From: TPA_inf: Saccharomyces
Lineage: Eukaryota
Direction of reading: 5' to 3'
Assembly (NCBI GenBank): GCA_000146045.2
Contig: BK006948.2
Coordinates: 416,001-480,000 of the forward strand
Length of the DNA: 64,000 nucleotides
Below, piece by piece: positions 12,005-24,389 of this stretch. Under the pieces are notes generated by a model. It was not told the DNA's origin and made no database searches. It saw nothing but the letters and a program-made list of their open reading frames with translations. Made by a program: the position numbers and the translations under genes. Numbering within the stretch: the first letter of the stretch is position 1; each line of letters opens with the position of its first letter.

Positions 12005-13857
12005 TCATCGTCATCATCATCATCGTCATCGTCGTCGTCGTCATTATCTTCATCTTTACCACCAGTATCGTTCTTCTTATTATCATCCTCCTCATCGTTA
12101 TCTTCATCCTCTTCTTCTTCCTTTCCCGCAGAAACATCGGGATAACCACCTAGTTTGACGACTATCTTGCCAACAATCTCATTTGCATCCATCATCCCAC
12201 TTAACCCGATGTCACCGTTTATGCCCATGACTTTTTCTGAGGGTTTAAATACAGTTACCCAAGGCATCTCTTCTTGAATAATTCGAAAATGTTTTTTAGT
12301 CATTATGGAATTGAACGTACCGCTACCCATTGAAGGCGCTAGGAATATGGGAAACGTTGGATTCCATGCCCTTATTACACTTGTCAAAAGGTTGTCACAT
12401 AAACCAAGGGCAATCTTGGCCAACGTGTTTGCGGTTAATGGTGCGACAACTAGTATATCTGCCCAACGACGTAGTTCTATGTGTAATACAGGATCAGTTC
12501 GTTGTCGCCATACATCCCACTCGTCTTGGTCTGTCCAAAATTGTATATGTGCTGGCAGTTCAATTTGAGGATGTTGCGATACAACGTTTGAAGAGTTGCT
12601 GTACGTACGACTACCACCAAGTGTCGAAGGAAATCCAGTAGTAGAGGCCATTTGTTTTTCTTCCTCCTGTTTATTATTTGTCTGAGAAGCCGCTGAGTTT
12701 GAAGACGTCTTCTGAATGCTAAATTTTTCAAGAGAGGCTACTTTTTTCTTGTTACCAGTTATATTGCCAGCATTAGAATTGGTGCTGTTGAAAGAAGTAT
12801 CGATACTATTGTGTTGTTTCTTATTTTTCCTCATATACTTCATTGCAAAAAATTTGGTTGCTGAGTTAGTTAGTATAACTTGTATGCATATTTTGTCCCT
12901 TCCGTAAATTTCTTCTAATTTTCTGATCATGTGCTTGAGTTTGAAAACAGACAAAGAACCTGTTGCCCCAAAAAGAACGTGTAGCTTGCCGTCATCTTGG
13001 GGAAGCCTTGGATCCATATTGGTCATAATATTTTCTCTCTTCAAGGGATTTGAGACTGCATTGGGAGACATTGCTTCTTCCAAGACAGACTCCAACAATG
13101 TGGGCTCTCCAGTCTTTGATATGGAGCCCTCTCGTTCAATGTTGATGGGGTTAAATGTATTCACTACCACAGAGGGGCGAGGACTAGTACTGTTAGACCT
13201 TGATCTAACTGATGGGGTGTGTAAAGGATCTTCCACGTAGAAATGTGGGTGCTCCTTTCTGGGGCTATCGGAACTATTGTCAGAGTTTAAAATAGAATCT
13301 GTTCCACCGGTGAAACTTAGCTTTTTAGCCAGCAGGCTGGATATGTTATTCCCCATATCAGCATTGGAGAGAATAGAGGTTGGAGTCGAAAAAGAAGAAG
13401 CAGAAGCCTCGCCATCTTTTGGTACTTTTGTATTTATGTCTTTCAAGTTTCTTCCTTGATTTGCACCCTCCGCTGCGATGTGTACAGACGTTGCTTTCTT
13501 TTCGCTGGACTGTCTGGCCACCTGGTTAGGTGGAGTTTGCTCCACATCCGACCTGAGACTACCCAACTTTGGATCGCTGAATGTAACAGTTGGTATCCTT
13601 TTTAACCCTGGCTCTGGTGTATTACTTACAACTGCCCCAGAAGTTCCGCTAGCATTCATGATTGACTTAGTTTGTGAACCAGTGGGACTAGTTGATTTCC
13701 TTACTACAGGAGTGTCCAGACTAGAAACGGAAGAAAATGGTCCCGTAGAATTTGTGTCAGGCATTGCCGATGAACCTATATTGGCCTGCTCAGCTCCAGA
13801 GAGAGTATTCGAAGCAACCCCTTTCCTATTGTTCTTCAGGCTAGATTTGTTTGTCAT
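11833..13857 (-). CDS. VHS3: Vhs3; Hal3/PPCDC-like flavoprotein subunit and Ppz1 phosphatase inhibitor, with a long poly-Asp C-terminal tail
   Basis: 674 aa. The flavoprotein motif HVLFGATGSLSVFKLKHMIRKLEEIY is present, and the C-terminus is a very long poly-Asp run (DDDDD...EDDEDEDEDDEGKKKEDK). Confidence 0.9.
11878..12046. repeat. Imperfect (GAC/GAT)n trinucleotide repeat encoding the Vhs3 poly-Asp tract
   Basis: The plus strand reads ...cgtcgtcgtcgtcatcatcgtcgtc... for about 170 nt. The antisense poly-His/Arg and poly-Thr/Met ORFs (11817-12158 +, 11829-12149 -) are by-products of this repeat. Confidence 0.9.
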
Positions 13858-14160
13858 TGCGTCTCTGCACTATAATTATGGCCAGTATTCCTCTTTCTGG
13901 TCTCTTCTTTGAACTAAAGTAATCTTATAAAAGGCTATCCTTTTTTTGGCAATCTAGTATTAATCCTGATCAAAAAGTCCTCAAAACGAGCCCTCTTCAA
14001 AGTGCTGTAACACCATTCATCTCATAAGGGGAGGGCATACTGAGCAATAAAACGTTTTCTTACCTTTTCGGTCTTTTGGACTCTCCAACCAGAAAGTTAA
14101 AGGGCAAAAAAGCTCACATGACACGCTTGTTTTGGAAAACGTCATAGAAAAACCACGTGA

Positions 14161-14200
14161 AAAAAAAAAAAAAAAAAAAAAAAAAAAGAAAAAGAAAAAG
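14161..14200. repeat. Poly(dA:dT) tract (A28 followed by gaaaaagaaaaag) in the NOB1 3' / VHS3 5' intergenic region
   Basis: 28 consecutive A at 14161-14188. CACGTG lies at 14154-14159 immediately 5' of the tract. Confidence 0.95.
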
Positions 14201-14246
14201 GGCAGCTGCCAACTAGTACACACTACACAGATATTTATGAAAAACA

Positions 14247-15626
14247 CTAACTTCTCCTTTTGGAACTGTTGACGTACCTTCCCTTACCAATGCGGACGTT
14301 ATGCTGCTTCAACCCAGTAATTGCAAATGGAGAAATATAGTTATCCGCAGAACCGCCACCAATCCAATTGTTTAGAATCTTCTCGTTGTGTCTTCTTGTC
14401 CATTCTTCTTGCTTTATCACCTTTTCGTACTCCTTTTGATCTTCTCTGAGAATCACATTTTCCTGTGGTTTAGAATGTACGTGTCCCTTTTTGCCGTACC
14501 TTTTTTGGGAGTTCTTAGATAAGGGGCTGGCTACAGAATATCTGTTTCCTCTATTGTTCCATTGGAAGTTCGACTTCAAGTGCGGTGTAACGTTCCCCGT
14601 GCGTGAGTCAACGGAAACTGCGCATCTTAATAAGGTACCCTGTCCACCGCATGAGGCACAGAAGTGCTTTGGCTTGCCGTCTTTTGGTAGAGGAAATATT
14701 TTGAAACAGGCGTGGCATCTTAGCATATAATTACGGATTCGCTTGATTTTCAGACCTGACATGAAATTCATTAGATTTAGATTCATCTGCAACGCTACAT
14801 TTTGGACGGCAAAATCGCCAGTCGCCAATGCCACCTGATTCTCTGGTCGATTCAATGCGACATGGCGATCCTCTTCGGACGCTTCTACACCCAATGAACC
14901 AGTGGTATCTTCACCACTATCCTTAATAATTGCTTCTGTTAAGTTCTCGGGGGTAATCCAATCACCATCATCATCAGCATCCTCGAATACTTCATTTAAA
15001 TCGGAAGATTCCTTTATATTTTCATCATTACATATCTGCTCTTTGGATCCAGCCTCCTCAACATGTTCCTCAGCTTTACTCTCTAGCTCAAGGTTTGCAT
15101 TTTCAGCTTCTCTTGCTTCTCTTGCTTCTCTTTTTGCCTTTTGCTTTTTTCCACCTCTTCTCTTGTTCTTTTTTTTTGGAACACTTTCAGAGTCCTCCTC
15201 CTTTTTATTATCTTCTGTGAGCTTCTGTTTGCCGTCCGTACCAACGTCAGCCTTGGACGCATCTAATGCATCACCTGGTTTTTTCCTCAGTCTCCAATCG
15301 CCATTATTTAGTTTAATTTCTAACTCGTATGTCAAAGCAAGAATATGCAAATCATTGGCACTCAGTACGGAGTAGTCACCGGTCAATTTGGCGAACGTAC
15401 TTACTTTGGCTATCGAGTTTTCACTTGGATGTACTAATTTCAAAGTTCCGAGGCTCTGCCAAATTTCAAGGTTTTTCCTTGCTTGAGCATCCTTAATTTC
15501 TTGAAAAACTGTGGGAGTAGTATAAAAAGACTGTGCATAATTCTGGTAATGTGTGTAGGACTGCGTAATTAATGGGGTGGCATCCAATATCAACGCCCTT
15601 ACATGTGCGGTTTGGTTTTCGGTCAT
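14247..15626 (-). CDS. NOB1: Nob1; PIN-domain endonuclease that cleaves pre-rRNA site D during 20S to 18S rRNA maturation
   Basis: 459 aa. An N-terminal PIN-like region (ALILDATPLI) and a zinc-ribbon (CHACFKIF...CASCGG) are present. Matches YOR056C. Confidence 0.9.
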   Translation of the reverse strand: MTENQTAHVRALILDATPLITQSYTHYQNYAQSFYTTPTVFQEIKDAQARKNLEIWQSLGTLKLVHPSENSIAKVSTFAKLTGDYSVLSANDLHILALTYELEIKLNNGDWRLRKKPGDALDASKADVGTDGKQKLTEDNKKEEDSESVPKKKNKRRGGKKQKAKREAREAREAENANLELESKAEEHVEEAGSKEQICNDENIKESSDLNEVFEDADDDGDWITPENLTEAIIKDSGEDTTGSLGVEASEEDRHVALNRPENQVALATGDFAVQNVALQMNLNLMNFMSGLKIKRIRNYMLRCHACFKIFPLPKDGKPKHFCASCGGQGTLLRCAVSVDSRTGNVTPHLKSNFQWNNRGNRYSVASPLSKNSQKRYGKKGHVHSKPQENVILREDQKEYEKVIKQEEWTRRHNEKILNNWIGGGSADNYISPFAITGLKQHNVRIGKGRYVNSSKRRS

Positions 15627-15804
15627 ATTATGCTCCTTTAAAGAAACTTTAGAAAAATACTGAACTATGATCGCCGATGAGATTTATCTAGCGCTGACTG
15701 AACGACCTCTATGTTAAGAACATACTTGAGATAATGGTGCTGTTTCTCCATGTAGACTTCTTCTTAGCAGGTAAAAATTTGCCAATGCAAAACAAAGCTC
15801 ATCG

Positions 15805-15813
15805 AAAAATTTT
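15805..15813. promoter_or_regulatory. RRPE motif (AAAAATTTT) about 180 bp upstream of the NOB1 ATG; a near-PAC GCCGATGAG lies at 15673-15681
   Basis: Exact AAAAATTTT in the NOB1 upstream region. RRPE and PAC are the typical promoter elements of ribosome-biogenesis genes. Confidence 0.45.
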
Positions 15814-16170
15814 GATCTTGCATTATGGAATGTCCGGGTTTTTCTATTGAGACATTCAAATTTTGAATTCTTCTTCAATAGAACCAGGCTCAGCACAGAT
15901 ACAAGAGAAATGATAGTAGATAATACCGCCATAGTGCTTATGCATCATCTGCTAATTCTTTTAAGAATGATCTTCTCAGTCTTACACTGACGAGCACTAT
16001 ATTGATGACTTTGATCACTATAAACGAAGCCAATATAAGCACTTTAGGGTGTAAGGTCTCAAGATGAGTTGATCATATGCGATATATCTTTGAACGCTAA
16101 TAATTGAACGAAAGCACTATGACAAAGTAATGGCAGAAGTCTTTTAAGGTTAAAGAGGTAGTTGTTTTAA

Positions 16171-17373
<1,203 letters not shown>

Positions 17374-17687
17374 ATGATTAGTATATACCTACACAATTAC
17401 AATATGTAGATATATAGTATGGTAGTAATGTTACATTTTCGATTTAGACTAGCCAACCTGCGTATTTACTTGGAATGCTTACATGATTATATTGAATATT
17501 ACAAATTTTATTATGTCCATATTAATCCAGAGTCACGGTGCAATGGAAAAAGGAAAGGGAGAATGATAGAATAAAAGAAGGAAAGAAAGAGACAATGTAG
17601 CGAAGGCTAGAAAGTGATGTGAAAAAAAAAACCACAAAAAAAATAAATAAGAGATCAGAGGGTTAAATGAATGCGCTTTTAAGAAAT

Positions 17688-20345
17688 TCAAATATCTGTA
17701 AAGGAGAATCCATTCAATTTCGAAACTTGCTCATTTTTCCATGTAATAAAATCCTTATCATTTTCATCTTCCATCATACTGGTATCATCAAATCCGCTTT
17801 CAATATCTTTTTGTTGAATGTTTAATTGAAATTTACCTTCTGGCGACATGGAAAGTTTATATATGCTGTGCTCAGGTTCTTTATAAGGACTGCTCAATTT
17901 TTGTGCGTAATCTTCTAATGAGCTTTTGCGTTCCGGGCTTCGTACATTCTCCTTACCCGTGGTGCCAGTCGACCTTTTAAGAAGTTCTAAAGCCTTTTCT
18001 TTAGTTAATTGAGGGATATGACTACCCTTAGTGTCGACTTTGTTCAGCGGGATAGGAAACAATTGGCGTGGTTTTACTGCATGTTCGCCATGCGTATGAT
18101 TTATCCTAGGCGATGATGAAAGATCGGATGATCTGTTTCTGTTTAAGGTAGGTCTCTCTATATTCCCTTTGGAATTCCTAGATATTACTGTGGGTGCTAG
18201 TAATCTTGTTGCTCTTCTGTTCGGACTAGATAACTTCGTTGTTCCTTGCATATGACGAGCAAGCGAGTTCTCTTGGGATAGATCATTCTTTGTTAAGCCT
18301 TGTATTGTTTTCTTTGAAGGCGTTTTATAAGTAATGTTGGCATCATTTAAATTCAAACCAATCGGTACCCTGATGGAACTTTCTGTGGCCTTGAAAGTGT
18401 TTTTTATGACTTTATTCTCTTTGTTCGCACCACATTTTCCCTTTTTAGATCTCTGCATTCTAACTCTACATCTTGGATATTTTGCTTCGATTTCCTGTTG
18501 CTGAATGTCAATTGCTTCTGAAAGTGGCTTACCTTTGAACAAAAAAGGTTGATCAAATAGACCATCGGCCTCTTCTAATTTAATTCTTAAATCATTGATG
18601 ACTCGAGGAAAGTGTCTTGTTATCCTTTTCCTCATTTTTTCTTCAGTTAGTAATATCTTATGAGAATTTCTAGACAAAAGCCGTGAAGAGTCTTTTGAAC
18701 TTCTTTCCAAAAATTCTTGATCTTCTTGTAAAGATTCAAAATCTGATATTAATTTTAAAATTGGCTTATAAAGGGTCAGTTTTTCTTCTAGTCTTTTTAG
18801 CTCATTTTCGCAAGTTTCTAGAAGAAGCTCATCTTCCTGTAAAGTTGTTGCACTGTTCCTTAGTTCTTCAAATACAATGATGAATTTAGACCGACTTTCT
18901 TCTGAATACTGTAACGTACGCCACAATTCCTGAATTTTGTCCCAGGAATCTGATATAAGTTTTTTTATTAGTTTTTTTTTCATTGCTTCAAGTCGCATAA
19001 CTTCTTTAGAGATTCTACCTAAGGACTCGGTTGATAAACTTGAATTGTTACGCATAAAAGTCTTTATGTATTCTTGAGAAATTTTTAGCCTTGTCCAAAG
19101 TTTTTGGCATTGTTCCATCAGGAGCCTCTTTTTGTCTGCTCTTTCCTTATGGATAGCTTGCAGTTTTTCCAATGTAATATCAATTTTAGACATTCTTTCT
19201 CTGTCTACCGGGTGGAAATTTGGTATTTCTGATGTGGAGTTTTCCTCTTCTCCATATGATCTTAGATCTTGTTCAAAATCTTCACCGATTAACGTTGCTA
19301 GGGGAGTTCCAAGTTGTTCACATATTGATGAAATACTAACCTTTTTTGTGAGTACGCTTTTAAACCTCCTCTCGTATTCTTCCTCGTAAATTTTTATGAC
19401 TTCATTCATGTGTTTCACAGATTCTTCGTTAATAGTTTTAAATGCCGATCCCTTTAAAATATCTTTTCTATTATCTATAATAAATTTCATGGACAAACCA
19501 ATATCGCCTTTACCATTTTCTATTTGTAACAAATATGCGGTTAATGTGCTTAATTCTGGAAACTCGGCGATAGCCTCGTTATCTGCTTCTGTCAATCCAG
19601 GAAGGTTTTCTTTTACAGATTGTATGAGGTGTTTTAGAGTGATTAAGGATTTTAAATAGTCGCGGAGCCTGGGTAAAAAACTTCCTAGGACAAATTTTTT
19701 TGCTGTATCTAATGCTGCTTTTTTGCTTAGTAAGGAAAGTGGCTTTTTCGGTGACTGTGGCACAGTTTTACTTTCTTGCAGTAGAATAGCATTTCTAATG
19801 TATAAGTCAGGAATAGTCTTTATGCCACTTGGGTCATTTATTCTCTCTAGAATGTTATTTAGAATATCCTGTTCAATTCCGTTCTCTGCGGACAGTCTTT
19901 TCAATTCTTCGTCAGCTTGCTCAAAAAATTGTTTTATGGAATTAGATATAGTGGTGAATATGATTTTCTCCTTGGTGATAATTTCCGTATTAGAATACCC
20001 AATATTTTGATATATGACATTGAGATTCTCCAGTAATTTCTCTAGATCCTTTGAAATAAGAATGAAATTTTCTCTATACATATTATCCATTGTGTTACCT
20101 TTACCATTTTCTGAGTCTAAAAAATGGTAATTAGTGGACACGTTTTTCAAAGGAGAACCAAAATCTCTAATACGAACTGGGGTCAACTTCATAAACTCTT
20201 TAGAATTTGATTGATTTACCATGGTCGACACAGTCAACGGTGTTGCTAAAGAAGGGTTCATATGCGGTATAACTGTAGTAGACCCAGAATTTTCGCTGTT
20301 TCTCCTCGATTTAATGGGCAAAGGGGAAGAAGTTGCTGTCTCCAT
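17688..20345 (-). CDS. ASE1: Ase1; anaphase spindle midzone microtubule-bundling protein (MAP65/PRC1 family)
   Basis: 885 aa, METATSSPLPIKSRRNSENSG..., with coiled-coil-rich sequence. Matches YOR058C. Confidence 0.9.
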   Translation of the reverse strand: METATSSPLPIKSRRNSENSGSTTVIPHMNPSLATPLTVSTMVNQSNSKEFMKLTPVRIRDFGSPLKNVSTNYHFLDSENGKGNTMDNMYRENFILISKDLEKLLENLNVIYQNIGYSNTEIITKEKIIFTTISNSIKQFFEQADEELKRLSAENGIEQDILNNILERINDPSGIKTIPDLYIRNAILLQESKTVPQSPKKPLSLLSKKAALDTAKKFVLGSFLPRLRDYLKSLITLKHLIQSVKENLPGLTEADNEAIAEFPELSTLTAYLLQIENGKGDIGLSMKFIIDNRKDILKGSAFKTINEESVKHMNEVIKIYEEEYERRFKSVLTKKVSISSICEQLGTPLATLIGEDFEQDLRSYGEEENSTSEIPNFHPVDRERMSKIDITLEKLQAIHKERADKKRLLMEQCQKLWTRLKISQEYIKTFMRNNSSLSTESLGRISKEVMRLEAMKKKLIKKLISDSWDKIQELWRTLQYSEESRSKFIIVFEELRNSATTLQEDELLLETCENELKRLEEKLTLYKPILKLISDFESLQEDQEFLERSSKDSSRLLSRNSHKILLTEEKMRKRITRHFPRVINDLRIKLEEADGLFDQPFLFKGKPLSEAIDIQQQEIEAKYPRCRVRMQRSKKGKCGANKENKVIKNTFKATESSIRVPIGLNLNDANITYKTPSKKTIQGLTKNDLSQENSLARHMQGTTKLSSPNRRATRLLAPTVISRNSKGNIERPTLNRNRSSDLSSSPRINHTHGEHAVKPRQLFPIPLNKVDTKGSHIPQLTKEKALELLKRSTGTTGKENVRSPERKSSLEDYAQKLSSPYKEPEHSIYKLSMSPEGKFQLNIQQKDIESGFDDTSMMEDENDKDFITWKNEQVSKLNGFSFTDI

Positions 20346-22642
20346 TTCAACATCAAAAGTAGTGAATCCAAAATGAAACCTTTGAATTCTAATGCCAGAA
20401 TGCTATATCTGATGATTAAAAATAGCCTATTAAAATGCTCTAATTAGTCCTTAAAATAATTATTCTCGGTAATAGCCGTTTGTTCGTATCTTTGCTATTG
20501 TTCTGTGAAAAAACCAGGTATTCGACTTTAATAATATTTTTGTATTTGTTTCCTCTTAAAGATTCTCAAGCTTATTTACCTTTTACCTCATTGGGAAATA
20601 TTAGATGACGAAAGAAAATCACACTGTACGATTTTCTGGGCGGTTATTTAGTGAAATTAAATAATAACGTAGATATGGCAGACAGACTTATTGTTTATAG
20701 GCAGTTCTTTACAATTGTAACTATAAAAAGTGGCTATACTAGGAAAGAAAGTTTTTAAAGATGATTTGTTTTTTCTATCTTAAATCTCATATATTTATTT
20801 TTATTCACTTCTGAGAAATACAAGTTGCATGTCTCAAAACTTTTACTTTTCAACAAAATATTAATCAAAAAAAATAAATGAAAAAAGAAGACCATATTGA
20901 AGAACATTTAAAATCCTTTGTTTGAAATAGAGATCAAATATCTTGTATTAGCTGGTTTTAAATCAGTAGTATATTGCTATGTATGGTTTGATAAGATGAT
21001 ACAGATTGTTAGACGAAATTATTATCATAATGTTATCTATATTATGGAATGCCAACAATCATCAGCAAATACGTAAATATGACAATGGAAATGAACAAAG
21101 AAAAGAAGAAGAGAAAAATATAATACTATGTAGAATTGTCGAGCTCCAAAGGATATTCTATCTTGTTATCCGTAACATAATCAGCAGGGCGATCTGTGCA
21201 CTTGTTATGAACATATGACATTTTTATTTATTCCCTTCGTGTTATTGTACTCGTGTTTTTTATAAATTTTCCTTCCTCGTAGATGGCTTGAATACCAAGT
21301 AATATTTCTTCTACCACAGTATTACTGGCGTAAGCAACTGAATTCTCCGAAAAGTTTTTTAGATAAACTGCCAAGTTAGTCTGTCATTACCTTTATATCG
21401 TCTTCCTTTAATCTGTAGGTCAGAGTGTTCACTGCTTCAAATAAATCTGCAGATATTCTTCCATTATATTCAAGGTTCAATATTCTTCATGCTTTATAGA
21501 GAACAGTTTGAAAATTGCTGCAATTGATTTCTAAAGTTTTCTTGAACCAAATTGGCAACAAATGAAACGGAACAAACGTTTGAAATGTTTTGTACAAATA
21601 TGAATGCTCTTCGTACGATAGTGGTCGCAGAATTCACCCTGTTCATTAGAATGAATGTTGCCTGTGGGTTGGAATTTTTCAAAACTTGATGTAGAATTTA
21701 GTCCAAGTAGAAGTATTCTTCCCCCACAGAATGTGTGGCGGTGAAAAATTGCGAGACGTGATTGGTGTATCAAAAAACATACGAGATTGTTGGGTTAGTA
21801 TACTGTTTCAACTACGTGAAGGGCTTCTCAATGGTGATATATACTATAAAATTGTTGGTTGAGTATCTGATTGAAAATACATCGACGACATTATAGTCGG
21901 GCGTCCTAAAAATGACCAACTAGATGGCTTGGCTTGATTCGGAGTGATTATATCGCTATAAGTACGGTCCATTCTGTGACGACAGTAATTGAGCAGATAC
22001 GATGATGATGATTCTCTGGAGCAGCTGATAAAACAGGTGTATTATCCGTTGAAAGTTGGCGTTGCTGGAAACCTTATCATATGAGGTTTGCAAATTGGAA
22101 ACGTGTGACGAATTTGATTTGTGTACGCTTCCCTAGAAGTAACCAAATCATAGGCTCTACCATGAGGTAATGAATGATTATTATTGGGCTTCTACCGTTG
22201 CTAAAGGCTATAATATTAGATACACAAAATATATGAAAGTTCCCCTCGAGAATTGAAATCCACCAAAAGAGTATCCATATCTCTTTCTAATAATATTGAT
22301 ATTCTTCTTCTGTTCTTTATGATAATAGTCATTATATTATTACATTATATATCCTTGCAATCCAGCTCCCATTAAATCTGATGACTGTTTCTCATCTTTA
22401 GGGTTATCTTTTTACGCCGCATATGATACTATATTAATAATATGAATGCTAGTCGATAAATAATACTTGATTCCTATTCCAACATACTCTATCCAAAATT
22501 ATTTCCTTTATAAAAATTATACCTCAACATTTATCAAATAGTTTAGCAATGTATCCTTTTCGGTAGTTAATTACTTTAAATAACCTAAGTTAAATACCCA
22601 CTATCTATAGAAATCTTTATTTAGGACGCTCCGAAGAACTCA

Positions 22643-22738
22643 TCCTTGTTAGCTCAGTTGGTAGAGCGTTCGGCTTTTAAGCGCATTTGCTTAAGCAAGG
22701 ATACCGAAATGTCAGGGGTTCGAGCCCCCTATGAGGAG
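22643..22738 (+). tRNA. tK(UUU): tRNA-Lys(UUU) with a 23-nt intron (22681-22703)
   Basis: TCCTTGTTAGCTCAGTTGGTAGAGCGTTCGGCTTTTAA [gcgcatttgcttaagcaaggata] CCGAAATGTCAGGGGTTCGAGCCCCCTATGAGGAG. It has the cloverleaf, the anticodon loop CUUUUAA, GTTCGAGCC in the T-arm, and an intron one nucleotide 3' of the anticodon, as in yeast tK(UUU) genes. Confidence 0.92.
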
Positions 22739-22905
22739 TTCTTTATTTTTGTCAGTAACTATTCGGGTACCATCCTCTTCTTTTCTTTTTCCCCCACTAT
22801 AAAACGAGTCTATCAATTCCCTTCAAGCATTAGTGGTAGTAATACATTTTAATCACATGAGAGTGTTCATTCAAAAATATATACTATTTCGTGTAAATCA
22901 AGTGC

Positions 22906-24258
22906 TCAATTACTCTTGTGCATCAAGTATGCTAGTAATTGGGCCGTAAATTCGATACAAGCAATCCCAGTAGCAGCTGTATTCTCGTCCATTCCTCTAC
23001 GTGCCACAATCACGCCATGCGCATTTACAGCCTTTATGTATATTGGAACTCTAATCCATTTCAATTTGTTTAGATTTCTCAAAATAACCTTTCGGTTTTC
23101 ATCAAAAGGCAGTTTTTTAAATTTAGATTTCCAAACACCATCATTTATAGTTGTGTATTTTTGGATAAATTCCTTCCAAGGAAGCTCTTCTTCGTTTACA
23201 AGATTACTATTACTTGCTTCATAGTTCGCATCCATATCTAAAGCCGAATTTATGATGGACCCGTATGCATCTGTAACATAGCCTTTCAGTTGCTCCGTCA
23301 ATCCTAATTTTCCTCTGACCTCATTGTGAAGAATGCCATTAGAGAGCATTTTGCGGTACTTGCAAGTAACAATATAACTATAAGCGGTTCCCAGGCCATT
23401 CATAACCAGGGCTATTGGGAGAATTAAGAATGTTGCAACTAGTATAATAAGAATAGTGCGTCCCCACTTTTTATAAGTCTTGGTCGGTTTAGTAGGAGCA
23501 TGGCTGTTAACGTTTAAAGCGTTTAGGTCGACAATCTTAGGCAATATTCCTTTATAGCCAGATCCCGGAATCTTTTCTTCGAATGTATATTTCAATTTGT
23601 TGTCAAAATCTATAAATGGGTCGCAATCCGTAATAAACGCCGTATAGAAGGCTACCGTACGGTCATTTTTGACATTCGCAAACGCTATCCTCCATTTAAA
23701 TAGCGAGAGTGCTTCAAGGTACTCACCCTGGCTCAATTTCACCAATATATTGTTACTAGAATTTGCGATAAACATTTCTCTCCCGCTTTTACCTAAAATA
23801 GTAGATCCCAAGGTCCTCAGCGCACTATATAACGCACTTTTATATGCTATGCCCGTAGGATTGTAAAACTCTACCCCCAAATGAGGCGTTGCCATTGTAA
23901 TGAATAATTGTGGTTCAATATCCTCGAACAGTTCTTTAAATTCGGTCAACATCTTACCGATCATAAATCGGGCCACTAATCCGCCTTGCGAATATCCCAT
24001 TACGCTTAGTTTGGTGATTTTCCCGTCTTTATAATCTCGGATAAATTCACAAACTTCAATCAATGTCCTGTACCCAATGATTTCGATACCATCAAACGTC
24101 TTAAACATGGCATTCTGCTTTGGTAAAAAATATATCATATCATCGTTAACATCTTCCTTTTTTAATGTAGTGGATAAAATTGTCCTCATAGATTCCATAT
24201 GAGTATAGTTACCCCATAGCCCGTGAATCAGCACAAAAAGGTGTTTATCCGAAGTCAT
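22906..24258 (-). CDS. LPL1: Lpl1 (YOR059C); lipid-droplet phospholipase, alpha/beta-hydrolase with a GXSXG motif
   Basis: The track ORF is 461 aa. The start is probably the internal [17 protein letters not shown]..., giving 450 aa. The lipase motif GYSQGG and a C-terminal TM segment are present. Confidence 0.8.
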
Positions 24259-24389
24259 CTGAAGCGCTGTATAATATATATGGTTGATCACACGAAGTTT
24301 TCTACCGATTATTGCAGTAAAGAGTTGCCACCCTTTCTTTATTATCTTTGTTTTTCATTTTGATCTTATATACTGAAAATCCCCGTTGA

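Noticed and set aside
11817-12158. 113-aa plus-strand poly-His/Arg ORF, and a 106-aa minus-strand poly-Thr/Met ORF.
   Set aside because: Both are alternative-frame and antisense readings of the VHS3 (GAC)n repeat.
14017-14247. 76-aa minus-strand ORF containing a poly-Phe run.
   Set aside because: It is created by reading the A28 tract as TTT codons. It is intergenic between NOB1 and VHS3.
14902-15375. 157-aa plus-strand ORF antisense to NOB1, and a 72-aa minus-strand ORF at 15714-15932 in the NOB1 promoter.
   Set aside because: Ser/Leu/Phe-rich, low complexity, and overlapping a well-supported gene or its promoter. The 72-aa ORF overlaps the RRPE. No coding signal.
20995-21075. Possible delta-LTR remnant about 1.6 kb upstream of tRNA-Lys(UUU): tgttagacgaaattattatcat resembles the delta 5' end TGTTGGAATAGAAATCAACTATCAT, and atggaatgccaacaatcatc resembles the delta 3' end ATGGAATCCCAACAATTACATC.
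   Set aside because: Only about 25 bp of similarity at each end, at roughly 65% identity, and the two ends are separated by just 30 bp. This is compatible with chance in AT-rich DNA. I found no sigma, tau or delta body in 21200-22640.
22646-22852. 68-aa plus-strand ORF MLAQLVERSAFKRICL...
   Set aside because: It starts inside and reads through the tRNA-Lys(UUU) gene. It is an artefact of six-frame translation.
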